Under the pieces are notes generated by a model. It saw nothing but the letters and a program-made list of their open reading frames with translations, made no database searches and was not told the DNA's origin. The translations under genes and the position numbers were made by a program. Shown here in pieces: positions 36,886-47,113 of a stretch of 64,000 nucleotides of DNA. The stretch comes from Coprothermobacterota bacterium (GTDB lineage Bacteria; Coprothermobacterota; Coprothermobacteria; Coprothermobacterales; Coprothermobacteraceae). How positions within the stretch are numbered: the first letter of the stretch is position 1; each line of letters starts with the position of its first letter. Location: contig JAZIGN010000001.1 in assembly GCA_036679065.1 (NCBI GenBank), positions 236,559-300,558 on the forward strand, given 5' to 3'.

Positions 36886-38598
36886 ATGAAAATAGGATTA
36901 GCTCAAATAAACCCAAAAGTCGGTGACTTTAATGGTAATAAACAGAAAATTCTTCATGCTCTCGATGCGCTAAAAGAAGCGGAAATTGTTGTGTTTCCTG
37001 AACTTGCTTTAACCGGGTACCCTCCAGAAGATCTTTTGTTTAACAGAGATTTTCTACAACAAAGCCAGCAGGCTCTACGTGAAATAGCACGGTCAGTTCC
37101 GCGTAATCAAGTGGTTATTCTGGGAGCACCCGAGAAGGAAGGCACAGACCTCTACAATAGTGCATTCCTTATCAATGGGGGAGAGATTGTCGGCAGTCAC
37201 AGAAAGGTACTTCTGCCGAACTATGATGTTTTCGACGAAATGCGCTACTTCAAGGCTGGGACTACTGGTACTGTTTTGAGGTTTGCGAATACATCAGTGG
37301 GAGTAGTGGTATGTGAAGATCTTTGGCACCCAGATGGACCTGCGCAGTGGGCTGCAGCTACTGGCTTGTCCACTTTAATAAGCATAAACGCGTCACCTTA
37401 CGAACACAAAAAGCTGAACAACCGTTTAAGCTTGCTCAAGCATTTAGCTAAGTCCCTTAATGTAAACGTTGTTTACGTAAACATGGTTGGGGGCCAAGAC
37501 GAGCTATTGTTTGATGGAGCAAGCTTAGTAGTTCTGAATAATGGCGGTCTCATTTGTTCACTACCTTTTTTCGAAGAAAGCCTTTGTGTGGCTGATTTGC
37601 CTGTAACCCTAAAAGAGAACGTAACTGCGATTTTATCTAGCAAGTTAGAAGAAGAAGAAACAAAGGTGAAGACCATCTCAATAGATGCAGTAGTCTCTGA
37701 CTCAACACAGGTAGCGCAGAACGTAATGATACCTGAAGATGATATCGCTAACCTCTACAAGGGGTTAGTTTTTGCTATAAGGGAGTATGTGCATAAACAG
37801 GGTTTCAAAGGTGTGATTGTGCCAGTGTCCGGTGGAATTGATAGTGCATTGGTTGCCGCCTTGAGCGTAGATGCTTTGGGCCCTGATAAAGTGAAGCTTA
37901 TTTATCTGCCTACACGATTCAATCGCCCAGAATCTTTTGAAGATACCAATTCGCTGGCCACTAACCTAGGGTGCACACTTTCGGTAGTTGAGATCGACCA
38001 TATTCTCCAAACCTATGAAGAGGTGTTAAGAGAAAAGTTTCAAAAACAGACGTTCGATGTCGCCGACGAAAACCTTCAGGCAAGGATAAGAGCCAATATA
38101 GCTTTTTACCTTTCGAATATGACAGGGTATTTGGTTATGTCCTGCTCCAATAAGAGTGAATCGGCTGTTGGCTATGGAACCATTTACGGCGATATGGCTG
38201 GTGGGTTTGCTCCTATCAGGGATGTGTTTAAAACTCAGGTGTATGAGCTTGCTCGGTACAGGAATTCCATGAAACCTGTAATCCCAGAGCGCACATTGAT
38301 GCGCGAACCTTCAGCTGAGCTCAACGTAAACCAAAAGGATCAGGATGTTCTGCCACCATATGAAGTGCTCGATTCTCTGTTAGAGGATTATGTGGTTGAT
38401 AACCTGCCTTTTGCTGAGCTTGCCCGCAAGTATGGAGAAGAAATCACAAACAAGGTTCTGCGTATGGTCAAAAGTAGCGAGTTTAAGAGGAAACAAACTC
38501 CGGTAGCTCCTAAAGTATCCAGGCGTAACTTCGGAAAAGGTTGGAGAATGCCCATCGTTAATGGATTCAACCCAGACCGTGACACTGGCAGGGAATAA
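36886..38598 (+). CDS. nadE: Glutamine-dependent NAD+ synthetase
   Basis: Nitrilase domain (FPEL, K, CEDLW) plus synthetase 'SGGIDS', 'ENLQARIR', 'NKSE', 'PSAEL', 'EFKR'. Confidence 0.95.
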   Translation: MKIGLAQINPKVGDFNGNKQKILHALDALKEAEIVVFPELALTGYPPEDLLFNRDFLQQSQQALREIARSVPRNQVVILGAPEKEGTDLYNSAFLINGGEIVGSHRKVLLPNYDVFDEMRYFKAGTTGTVLRFANTSVGVVVCEDLWHPDGPAQWAAATGLSTLISINASPYEHKKLNNRLSLLKHLAKSLNVNVVYVNMVGGQDELLFDGASLVVLNNGGLICSLPFFEESLCVADLPVTLKENVTAILSSKLEEEETKVKTISIDAVVSDSTQVAQNVMIPEDDIANLYKGLVFAIREYVHKQGFKGVIVPVSGGIDSALVAALSVDALGPDKVKLIYLPTRFNRPESFEDTNSLATNLGCTLSVVEIDHILQTYEEVLREKFQKQTFDVADENLQARIRANIAFYLSNMTGYLVMSCSNKSESAVGYGTIYGDMAGGFAPIRDVFKTQVYELARYRNSMKPVIPERTLMREPSAELNVNQKDQDVLPPYEVLDSLLEDYVVDNLPFAELARKYGEEITNKVLRMVKSSEFKRKQTPVAPKVSRRNFGKGWRMPIVNGFNPDRDTGRE

Positions 38599-38607
38599 TG
38601 GTATAAT
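38579..38607 (+). promoter_or_regulatory. Sigma70-type promoter of tRNA cluster 1
   Basis: GTGACA-17 nt-TATAAT with TG extension, 9 nt before tRNA-Pro. Confidence 0.7.
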
Positions 38608-38616
38608 AAATTTCTG

Positions 38617-38694
38617 CGGGGCGTAGCGCAGCTTGGTTAGCGCGCTTGCCTTGGGAGCAAGAGGTCGGCGGTTCGAATCCGCCCGCCCCGACCA
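38617..38694 (+). tRNA. tRNA-Pro(TGG)
   Basis: Cloverleaf; anticodon arm CTTGC-ctTGGga-GCAAG; TTCGAAT; encoded CCA. Confidence 0.96.
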
Positions 38695-38698
38695 GGAT

Positions 38699-38775
38699 GG
38701 GCCCGTAGCTCAACTGGACAGAGCATCGGCCTTCTAAGCCGAGGGCTGCAGGTTCGAGTCCTGCCGGGCTCACCA
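38699..38775 (+). tRNA. tRNA-Arg(TCT)
   Basis: TCGGC-ctTCTaa-GCCGA; encoded CCA. Confidence 0.96.
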
Positions 38776-38779
38776 AGAT

Positions 38780-38857
38780 GGTGAGCGTAGCTCAACTGGT
38801 CAGAGCACCAGACTGTGGATCTGGGGGCTGGGGGTTCGAGTCCCCTCGCTCACCCCA
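38780..38857 (+). tRNA. tRNA-His(GTG)
   Basis: CCAGA-ctGTGga-TCTGG; encoded G-1 opposite C73; CCA. Confidence 0.96.
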
Positions 38858-38865
38858 TACGTAAT

Positions 38866-38942
38866 GGGCCCGTAGCTCAGGTGGATAGAGCGACAGCCTC
38901 CTAAGCTGTAGGCCGCAGGTTCGAGTCCTGCCGGGCTCACCA
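38866..38942 (+). tRNA. tRNA-Arg(CCT)
   Basis: ACAGC-ctCCTaa-GCTGT; encoded CCA. Confidence 0.96.
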
Positions 38943-38948
38943 CTAGCC

Positions 38949-39025
38949 GCGCCTGTGGCTCAATTGGATAGAGCAGCGGACTTCGGATCCGCAGGCTGGG
39001 GGTTCGAGTCCCTCCAGGCGCGCCA
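38949..39025 (+). tRNA. tRNA-Arg(TCG)
   Basis: GCGGA-ctTCGga-TCCGC; acceptor GCGCCTG/CAGGCGC; CCA. Confidence 0.95.
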
Positions 39026-39090
39026 ACGATTCCTTAAAAGCATTTTTACTACTATACTAGCCAAATTAACCAACAATCCTTTAGTCGGTC

Positions 39091-39438
39091 TTATTTCCTT
39101 TTTTGTTTTTTTTCGATAAGACCTTCAGTGTATAAAATACCGTCCAAATTAAGGAGCCAGTCGTGAGGCTTGTCCATGCTTCGCGCATCAATGATCAAAC
39201 CTCTTTGTTCTGCAGCTCTAACTGCATCAAATATCTCAGATTTACTGAGGCCAGTTTCCTTTTGAAGAGACTCGAGATCCACTGAATAAGCACCGTTGCC
39301 TCCAAGAGAATAAATTGCAATCAAGACTCTATCGAGATTTTGTTCTTTCTGGTTTTGCTGCTTCTTCATACAATGTTTATTTAAGAGCTCAAGGAAATAC
39401 CGCATTGTCTCAAGGATATACAAAATTTTCTCAATCAT
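39091..39438 (-). CDS. Small hypothetical protein, probable winged helix-turn-helix (alternative start 39369)
   Basis: 'LESLQKETGLSKSEIFDAVRAAEQRGLI...WLLNLDG' follows a wHTH helix/wing pattern. Confidence 0.6.
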   Translation of the reverse strand: MIEKILYILETMRYFLELLNKHCMKKQQNQKEQNLDRVLIAIYSLGGNGAYSVDLESLQKETGLSKSEIFDAVRAAEQRGLIIDARSMDKPHDWLLNLDGILYTEGLIEKKQKRK

Positions 39439-39780
39439 ATCTCTACCCCATTACACTAATAGTTATACGCATATTACATATTACGATATTACTACAAATA
39501 TGACGCAAAACCTAATATACTCTACTCTAAATGTTAATGTTCTGCAAGTAGAACAGCGCATGGCCATGACTTCTATGACATTTTAATGCATAGAGGAGTG
39601 TTCTGAGCTGGCTGTGGTGGTCGAAGTAAGCGAGATTGCGGTTCTTCCTCAAAAAAACTGACACATACTCTCGGGCAACATAGAAAAAAATGCACAAAAT
39701 CATCATTCTTTTTTGTATAATTGCATTAAGTGGGTTGTTTAGTTTAATGAAACAACTTTATGAAAACGGAGTTGATGTGA

Positions 39781-41331
39781 GTGGCGAGAAACCGGGGGAA
39801 CAACACGCAAGAAGAATCTCTTGAAAGGCAGCTCTGGAAAGCTGCTGACAAATTGCGGAAGAACATCGATGCAGCTGAATACAAACACGTGGTTTTAGGC
39901 CTTATATTCTTACGGTACATATCAGAAGCCTTTGAAGAGTTGTACGTGAAACTTGAATCAGGCGAAGGAGAATACGAAGGAGCCGACCCGGAAGACAGAG
40001 ATGAATATAAGGCAGAAAACGTCTTTTTCGTCCCAGCGGAAGCTAGATGGTCTTACCTTCAATCAATGGCAAAACAGCCAGAGATAGGCAAAATTGTAGA
40101 TAATGCAATGGATGCGATCGAAAAAGAAAATCCCTCTCTTAAAGGGGTCTTGCCCAAGGTATACGCGCGGGGCAACCTAGACCCAACAAGTCTCGGCGGG
40201 CTAATAGATCTTTTTAGCAAAACTTCCCTTAAAGAAGCTAAATCGAGAAGTGGCGATGTTTTAGGCCATGTATTTGAGTACTTTTTAGGTGAGTTTGCGC
40301 TGGCGGAAGGAAAAAAAGGAGGACAATTCTATACTCCGAGGACTGTTGTCGAGCTGTTGGTTGAGATGCTTGAGCCATATAACGGGAGGGTGTTTGACCC
40401 ATGCTGCGGCTCTGGCGGGATGTTTGTTCAATCTGAAAAGTTTGTAGCTGAGCACCAAGGAAGGATGAACGACATATCCATCTATGGCCAGGAAAGTAAT
40501 CTGACCACATGGCGGCTTTGCAAAATGAATTTAGCCATAAGAGGCATTGACAGCTCGCAAGTGCTTTGGAACAGTGAGGGGTCATTCTTGAACGATGCCC
40601 ACAAGGACTTGAAGGCAGACTACGTCATCGCTAATCCGCCCTTTAACGACAGCGATTGGGGAGGGGAACTGCTCAGTAACGACGCCCGATGGAAATACGG
40701 TGTGCCGCCCGTTGGAAATGCAAATTACGCCTGGATTCAACACTTCATATATCACCTTGCGCCAACGGGAGTGGCTGGGTTTGTCATGGCTAAAGGGTCG
40801 CTTACGTCGAAAAGTTCGGGTGAGGGTGAGATCAGAAAAGCAATTATAGAGGATCGCCTCGTTGACTGCATAGTAAACTTACCGCCAAAGCTTTTCTTGA
40901 ACACGCAGATTCCGGCTTGTCTTTGGTTCTTAAGTAGAAATAAGGCCAACGGAAAATACAGAAGCAGAACCGATGAAATACTTTTTATCGACGCAAGAAA
41001 TATGGGATATCTCATCAATCGAAGGACGCGTGCACTGTCGCGAGAGGACATAGAAAAAATCGCCAATACCTACCACAACTGGCGCAACCCAAATGGCAAC
41101 TATGAGGACGTGAAAGGGTTTTGCAAATCCGCAACCATAGATGAAGTGCGACAGCTTGATTATGTGCTCACTCCCGGTCGTTACGTTGGTTTGCCTGAAG
41201 AGGAAGATGACTTTGACTTTAAGGAGCGATTTACAAAGCTTAAAGCCGAGTGGGAAGAGCAACTCAAAGAAGAAGCAAGGCTTAACGCACTCATCGCCGA
41301 AAACCTGAAAAAGGTGATGCTAGATGAGTAA
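39781..41331 (+). CDS. hsdM: Type I R-M methyltransferase subunit M
   Basis: 'LWKAADKLR', 'GQFYTP', 'DPCCGSGG', 'NPPF', 'LTPGRYVG'. Confidence 0.96.
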   Translation: MARNRGNNTQEESLERQLWKAADKLRKNIDAAEYKHVVLGLIFLRYISEAFEELYVKLESGEGEYEGADPEDRDEYKAENVFFVPAEARWSYLQSMAKQPEIGKIVDNAMDAIEKENPSLKGVLPKVYARGNLDPTSLGGLIDLFSKTSLKEAKSRSGDVLGHVFEYFLGEFALAEGKKGGQFYTPRTVVELLVEMLEPYNGRVFDPCCGSGGMFVQSEKFVAEHQGRMNDISIYGQESNLTTWRLCKMNLAIRGIDSSQVLWNSEGSFLNDAHKDLKADYVIANPPFNDSDWGGELLSNDARWKYGVPPVGNANYAWIQHFIYHLAPTGVAGFVMAKGSLTSKSSGEGEIRKAIIEDRLVDCIVNLPPKLFLNTQIPACLWFLSRNKANGKYRSRTDEILFIDARNMGYLINRRTRALSREDIEKIANTYHNWRNPNGNYEDVKGFCKSATIDEVRQLDYVLTPGRYVGLPEEEDDFDFKERFTKLKAEWEEQLKEEARLNALIAENLKKVMLDE

Positions 41332-42421
41332 CAAAGTGCCGAATGGGTGGAAACAGTGTAAGTTAGGGGAAGTCGCTACCATCAAAACTGGCCAGACAAA
41401 TTCGGTGGATGCTGTTGCTGATGGTGTATATCCACTGTTTGACAGATCAAAGGATGTTAAGAGGAGTTCGAAATACTTGTTTGATTGTGAAGCGGTAATA
41501 GTGCCAGGAGAAGGTAAAGACTTCGTGCCTAGGTATTACAAAGGAAAATTTGACTTACATCAAAGAGCATACGCAGTGATCCCTAATGAGCAAGTGTGTG
41601 ATGGTAGATACTGTTATTACGCTCTTTTGGATGGTCGAAGTTACTTTTCTTTAGTGGCAGTAGGAAGCACTGTTATGTCTTTGAGATTATCAACTTTTGA
41701 ATCATTTGATATCCTTCTTCCTCCTCTTCCCGAGCAGCGCGCCATTGCGTCCGTCCTTTCCAGTCTCGACGACAAAATAGATTTGCTCCACCGAGAAAAC
41801 AAGACGCTTGAAGCTATGGCAGAGACGCTCTTTCGGCAATGGTTTATTGAGGAGGCTAAGGATGACTGGGAACATACCAAACTGGGCGAAGTTGTAACAA
41901 TTACTTATGGTAAAAATCTACCAATAAAAAAGTTGCTAAGGAGTGGTTACCCTGTATTTGGAGGCAATGGTCAAATTGGTTTTTATAACAAATATTTATA
42001 TGTTGAACCACAGGTTTTGGTTTCTTGTAGAGGAGAAGCGTCAGGGAAAGTTAACATTAGCTTGCCTAGATCATTCATCACGAATAATTCTCTAATTTTG
42101 GTACGGGATAAAAGAAAAGAGATAACTTTTGAATACCTAAAATATCACTCTTTAAACTATGATTTTACTCTTCACGTATCAGGCTCTGCACAACCACAAA
42201 TAACAATTGATAGTTTGTATGATGCAGCATTTTTAATTCCGCCAGTTGATTTGATTAATAAATTTACTGAAATTGTTAGAGGATACGAAGAAAAGCGCAC
42301 TAATAACTTGAAACAAATCCACACCCTCGAAAAGCTCCGCGATACATTGCTTCCTAAACTGATGAGCGGCGAAGTAAGGGTGAAATATGAGGAAGAGGAG
42401 ATGGCGTCATGTCGCGCATAA
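41324..42421 (+). CDS. hsdS: Type I R-M specificity subunit S
   Basis: Two TRDs separated by '[15 protein letters not shown]'; '[13 protein letters not shown]'. Confidence 0.95.
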   Translation: MSNKVPNGWKQCKLGEVATIKTGQTNSVDAVADGVYPLFDRSKDVKRSSKYLFDCEAVIVPGEGKDFVPRYYKGKFDLHQRAYAVIPNEQVCDGRYCYYALLDGRSYFSLVAVGSTVMSLRLSTFESFDILLPPLPEQRAIASVLSSLDDKIDLLHRENKTLEAMAETLFRQWFIEEAKDDWEHTKLGEVVTITYGKNLPIKKLLRSGYPVFGGNGQIGFYNKYLYVEPQVLVSCRGEASGKVNISLPRSFITNNSLILVRDKRKEITFEYLKYHSLNYDFTLHVSGSAQPQITIDSLYDAAFLIPPVDLINKFTEIVRGYEEKRTNNLKQIHTLEKLRDTLLPKLMSGEVRVKYEEEEMASCRA

Positions 42422-45400
42422 CAGAATCCGCTATCGAGAACTTTGTCATAGAGTTACTCATATCTCAAGGCTATCAGTACATCGGCGGTCCGGACATCGC
42501 TCCTGACGGTAGTAAACCGGAAAGAGCAACCTTTGGAGATGTAATTTTGTTTGGCCGACTGCTAAAGGCCATCGAGCGGATAAACCCTCATATACCGACA
42601 GAGGCAAGAAAAGATGTTGTCAGACAGCTTCAACAGTTCAGTGCGCCCGACCTTATCGCCAACAATGAAGCCTTTCACAGGATGCTCACGGAAGGGGTAA
42701 AGGTCAGCTACAACAAGGACGGCATCGAAAGAGGCGACCTGGCGTGGCTGATAGACTTTAACAACCCGGAAAATAACGACTTTCTTGTCGTTAATCAGTT
42801 TACAGTTATTGAAAACAACATCAACAAGCGGCCTGATGCGATCATCTTTGTTAACGGTCTGCCCTTAGTCGTAATCGAGCTTAAAAACCCAGCTGACGAG
42901 AATGCGACGCTAAGGTCTGCTTTTAATCAAATTCAAACCTACAAACAGATGATACCGAGCCTGTTTATATACAACGTATTTATAGTCATCTCTGACGGCC
43001 TGGAGGCCAAAGCCGGCACGATTTCATCAGGCTTCAGCCACTTTATGGCGTGGAAATCAATTGACGGCAAGACTGATGCCTCGCATCTGATCAGTCAAAT
43101 AGAAACGCTCGTCAAAGGTATGTTGAATATCCCCACATTGCTTGATATAACGCGTTTCTTCATTGTTTTCGATAAAACAAAAACCGAGGATAAGGAAACT
43201 GGCCTTACAACCATAAAGACCGTGAAGAAGCTTGCCTTTTATCACCAATACTTCGCTGTAAACAAAGCAGTGGAAAGCGTAATGAGGGCAGCATCCGAAG
43301 GCGGGGACAGAAAGGGCGGCGTCATCTGGCATACGCAGGGCAGCGGCAAGTCTCTCACTATGGCCTTTTTGGCCGGCAAACTTATTCTTAAGCTAAATAA
43401 CCCGACAATAGTTGTAATTACCGATAGAAACGACCTTGACGATCAGCTATATGCTACCTTCGTAGCTTGCAAACAGCTTCTTAGGCAAGATCCGGTCCAA
43501 GCTCAAAGCAGGGATGACTTAAAACAGCTTTTGCGCGTTTCATCCGGCGGAGTGGTCTTTACGACTATGCAAAAGTTCTGGCCCGAGGAGGGAAACGTCT
43601 ATCCTATGCTTTCAGACAGGCGAAATATCGTCGTCTTCGTCGACGAAGCACATAGGACGCAATACGGTTTTAAGGCAAGAACTATAGACGAGAAAGACGA
43701 ACAGGGCAAAGTTATCGGCAACAAAGTTGTATATGGTTTGGCAAAATATCTGCGCGACGCCCTGCCAAACGCAACCTACATGGGGTTTACTGGCACGCCC
43801 ATTGAAAAGGAAGACCGCAACACACCAGCAGTCTTCGGAAGCTATGTCGATATATACGATATAGCTCAAGCTCAAGAAGATGGCGCAACAGTCAAAATCT
43901 ACTATGAAAGTAGATTAGCGAAAATTGGATTAAGTGAAGAAGGCAAGAAGCTGATCAAGGAGCTTGACGAAGACTTGGCGCTCGAGGACTTGTCGGACAC
44001 TCAGAAAGCCAAATGGACGCAGCTTGAGGCCTTGATCGGGAGTAGAGAACGCTTAAGACAGATCGCAAAAGATATAGTGGGCCATTTTGAGGAGCGTCAG
44101 AAAGTCTTTGAGGGCAAGGGCATGATCGTTACAGCATCAAGACGCATAGCTGCAGATCTTTACGATGAGATCATACGGTTAAGGCCTGAATGGCATGATG
44201 ACGACATCAAAAAGGGGGCTATCAAGGTAGTTATTACATCATCATCTTCAGACGGACCTGCCATAGCAAAGCATCATACGACAAAAGAACAAAGACGAGT
44301 GCTGGCAGATCGCATGAAGGATCCAAAAGATGAGCTTAAGCTTGTCATCGTTTGCGATATGTGGCTTACGGGGTTTGATGTTCCCTGCCTTCATACGATG
44401 TACCTCGACAAACCGATGAAAGGCCACACCCTAATGCAAGCTATTGCGAGGGTGAACCGCGTCTATAAAGACAAGCCCGGAGGACTGATTGTGGACTACT
44501 TGGGCGTTGCGGCAGACTTGAAAGAGGCCTTGGCCTTCTATTCGGAAAGTGGCGGAAGGGGAGACCCCGTCGTCCTTCAGGAAGAGGCTGTGAAGGTTAT
44601 GAAAGAAAAGCTAGAGATTGTCTCTCAGATGTTCCACGGGTTTGACTATAGGAGCTATTTTACGGCGGACACATCACAGAAGCTTTCTATAATCCTTGCG
44701 GCGGAAGAGCACATCCTTGGCCTTGAGGATGGCAAGAAGCGGTTTATTGAGCAGGTTACGGCGCTATCAAAAGCCTTTTCCATAGCTGTTCCCCATGAAG
44801 AAGCCATGGCCGTCAAAGACGAAGTGGCATTTTTCCAAGCAGTAAAGGCTCGACTCGTCAAGTTCGACAGATCAGATGTGCGCAGGGGCGGTGAGGATTT
44901 AGAAACTGCAGTCAAGCAGGTCATCGACCAGGCACTTGTTACAGAACCGGTAGTAGACATATTTGACGCCGCTGGTATAAAAAAGCCCGACATCTCCATA
45001 CTTTCGGAAGAATTCCTCATGGAAGTAAAGAACATGCAGCACAAGAACATAGCCTTAGAGACGTTAAAAAAGCTTCTCAACGATGAAATAAAAGCAAGGA
45101 GTAAAACAAACTTGGTCCAGAGCAGGACGCTAATGGAAATGCTCGAGAATTCCATCAAAAGGTATCAAAATAAGATAATTACTGCTTCAGAGGTTATCGA
45201 AGAGTTGATCGAGCTCGCTAGAAAAATCAAGGAAACGGACAAGATACCGGAAGAAATGGGATTGACGGATTATGAATATGCCTTCTATACAGCCATAGCC
45301 GACAACGAGAGTGCCAAAGAATTGATGGGAAAAGAAACTTTACGCGAACTAGCTGTCGTTCTCTACGAGCAAGTAAAAAAGAATGCCACCATTGATTGGA

Positions 45401-45552
45401 CCATAAAAGAGAGCGCAAGGGCTAAGCTAAGGGTAGTAGTGAAAAGAACTTTGCGGAAGTATGGCTATCCGCCAGATATGCAGGAGCTCGCAACAGAAAC
45501 CGTCATAAAACAGGCGGAGCTGATTGCAGACCAGCTGATGCAGACGAGCTGA
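42409..45552 (+). CDS. hsdR: Type I R-M restriction subunit R
   Basis: 'RPD..NGLPLVVIELK', 'WHTQGSGKS', DEAHR, 'FTGTP', 'MWLTGFD', 'QAIARVNR', 'YGYPPD'. Confidence 0.96.
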   Translation: MSRITESAIENFVIELLISQGYQYIGGPDIAPDGSKPERATFGDVILFGRLLKAIERINPHIPTEARKDVVRQLQQFSAPDLIANNEAFHRMLTEGVKVSYNKDGIERGDLAWLIDFNNPENNDFLVVNQFTVIENNINKRPDAIIFVNGLPLVVIELKNPADENATLRSAFNQIQTYKQMIPSLFIYNVFIVISDGLEAKAGTISSGFSHFMAWKSIDGKTDASHLISQIETLVKGMLNIPTLLDITRFFIVFDKTKTEDKETGLTTIKTVKKLAFYHQYFAVNKAVESVMRAASEGGDRKGGVIWHTQGSGKSLTMAFLAGKLILKLNNPTIVVITDRNDLDDQLYATFVACKQLLRQDPVQAQSRDDLKQLLRVSSGGVVFTTMQKFWPEEGNVYPMLSDRRNIVVFVDEAHRTQYGFKARTIDEKDEQGKVIGNKVVYGLAKYLRDALPNATYMGFTGTPIEKEDRNTPAVFGSYVDIYDIAQAQEDGATVKIYYESRLAKIGLSEEGKKLIKELDEDLALEDLSDTQKAKWTQLEALIGSRERLRQIAKDIVGHFEERQKVFEGKGMIVTASRRIAADLYDEIIRLRPEWHDDDIKKGAIKVVITSSSSDGPAIAKHHTTKEQRRVLADRMKDPKDELKLVIVCDMWLTGFDVPCLHTMYLDKPMKGHTLMQAIARVNRVYKDKPGGLIVDYLGVAADLKEALAFYSESGGRGDPVVLQEEAVKVMKEKLEIVSQMFHGFDYRSYFTADTSQKLSIILAAEEHILGLEDGKKRFIEQVTALSKAFSIAVPHEEAMAVKDEVAFFQAVKARLVKFDRSDVRRGGEDLETAVKQVIDQALVTEPVVDIFDAAGIKKPDISILSEEFLMEVKNMQHKNIALETLKKLLNDEIKARSKTNLVQSRTLMEMLENSIKRYQNKIITASEVIEELIELARKIKETDKIPEEMGLTDYEYAFYTAIADNESAKELMGKETLRELAVVLYEQVKKNATIDWTIKESARAKLRVVVKRTLRKYGYPPDMQELATETVIKQAELIADQLMQTS

Positions 45553-45653
45553 TGCAAGTGAACCCTATAAAACCGATGGAAACATATTCGGCTTTAGGTG
45601 TAGTTGCTAGCGCAGAGGTAACAAAGTTTTGTAGAAAGGTTGCGAAAAGTACT

Positions 45654-45687
45654 TAAGCCTGGCAAGGTTCAAGGCTTATTTCTTTTT
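45654..45687 (+). terminator. Probable terminator between convergent hsdR and HEPN genes
   Basis: TAAGCCT...AGGCTTA stem followed by TTTCTTTTT. Confidence 0.5.
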
Positions 45688-45739
45688 CCAAGAGAAATGC
45701 ATCGCTGCATTCAAAGGTTTTTCCTAAATATTAATCGTC

Positions 45740-47113
45740 TCATCTCTGCTCATTCTTATCGGGTTGGAGGGCGTAGGTATAAGCACCATCTTTCAATAAA
45801 CATGCTGACAACATAGCTTGATCAAACCAATCATCTATTTGCTTTTCTTCAGTCATCGATATAAAGGGCTCTTTGGTGAGTATACGCATTATACAGGTGA
45901 CCACTAGAGATCTAATCTTTGCGACATCGTCGTCAGTTACTTCATATAGGCCTGAGTGAACGATTTTCGACCTTATACCATATAATTCTCTGATTTCCTT
46001 TTTAATTTCTACCCGTTTTTCGGGTGTATCTCCAGCCAAAAGAGCCGTACGCATGCTTAATCGATATGTAAGTTCAACATCCTGTTGGCGTCCTAGCATT
46101 ATGGTCTCAAGAGCAATCGCATAGTGGAGGAACGCTTCTTCGCGGCGTTGTTGTAGTTCTACCTCAGCTCTACCTGCCCATTGAATAGATGCTAATATTT
46201 TTTCCTCAATCTCCGTTCGGTGATCTGCTGCAAGGATTTTGCTTATACGACAAAAAACTGGGTCTTCTACTCCGGATGGTTCCATATCTTTCAAAGATAT
46301 AGAGGCGAAAGGTCCTACGTACCTGAATGTAGAGTGACAAGAAGAACCCTCTATTTCGTAAGCTAATACAATTTCTTTCGCAGGTTGGAGTTCACCTACG
46401 AAATAGGCCCAAGCGAGAAGGCCAGGTCTGTTTATGAGTTTTGAACAGAAATTGACCACGTCCACGGCTAAACGCAATTCGCGCCACGCCGTGAAGCGTG
46501 CCGCTTCTGCGTCACAAGCGCTTACTTCTATCGATGCTATTGGATGATTAAGGAAATATTTATCAATATAGGAATTCAAAGATTCTGAAGGTACTGTCCC
46601 ACGATCGGGGATGGCACCACACTTATCTTTCAATTCTCCAAGGTTATGTTCATCGGCTACCCAAAACCGAACTTTTCCAAATTTATATGACAGACCTTCT
46701 TTCGCTAACCCTTCAACGCGCATGTGCACTACCCAACGTTTTGGATTTACCTGGAGTTTGCTCTTTAGCTCTTTCACAGCCTCCGATAGGCGACTCTCAA
46801 ATGGTTTATCACACCTCTTGTTGTTGAGATCCAATGCGTGCAAAATCGCTTCTTGCATTAGTATTTCAACAGCTCTTTTGCCATGTTTTTTTTGTATCTC
46901 TTTTGAGTTATATAATTCATCTAGACATTCCCGATATTCCTTTGCTTCTTTGTGATCAAGGACTACGTTACCTTCATCAGCGGATCCAAATAATACCCCA
47001 ATTTCAAAAGGCTTTAACTCCCGCTCTTGTTCGCTGAGATCTCCCTTTCTGTGAAGGTTTGTTATAAAGCCCTTGAGCATGTTTAACGCACCATCTATTG
47101 AGTTTGAGGCCAT
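45740..47113 (-). CDS. HEPN-domain protein (ApeA-like C-terminal HEPN), 457 aa, candidate defence RNase
   Basis: C-terminal 'FLHYAIALETIM..LTYRLSMRTALL..LYGIRSKIVHSG' with RxxxxH; GGGGGG RBS before ATG 47113. Confidence 0.78.
   Translation of the reverse strand: MASNSIDGALNMLKGFITNLHRKGDLSEQERELKPFEIGVLFGSADEGNVVLDHKEAKEYRECLDELYNSKEIQKKHGKRAVEILMQEAILHALDLNNKRCDKPFESRLSEAVKELKSKLQVNPKRWVVHMRVEGLAKEGLSYKFGKVRFWVADEHNLGELKDKCGAIPDRGTVPSESLNSYIDKYFLNHPIASIEVSACDAEAARFTAWRELRLAVDVVNFCSKLINRPGLLAWAYFVGELQPAKEIVLAYEIEGSSCHSTFRYVGPFASISLKDMEPSGVEDPVFCRISKILAADHRTEIEEKILASIQWAGRAEVELQQRREEAFLHYAIALETIMLGRQQDVELTYRLSMRTALLAGDTPEKRVEIKKEIRELYGIRSKIVHSGLYEVTDDDVAKIRSLVVTCIMRILTKEPFISMTEEKQIDDWFDQAMLSACLLKDGAYTYALQPDKNEQR

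Noticed and set aside
38567..38776. Minus-strand 69-aa ORF, and + strand ORFs 49328-49624 and 49468-49650
   Set aside because: They overlap tRNA genes and read as typical tRNA shadow translations
41324..42421. Phase-variable hsdS shufflon
   Set aside because: Only one hsdS; no silent TRDs, inverted repeats, recombinase or simple-sequence tract seen
44655..45158. Long antisense ORFs (also 59719-60222, 11429-11866 and many shorter ones)
   Set aside because: They lie fully opposite well-supported genes and have Ser/Phe-rich antisense composition
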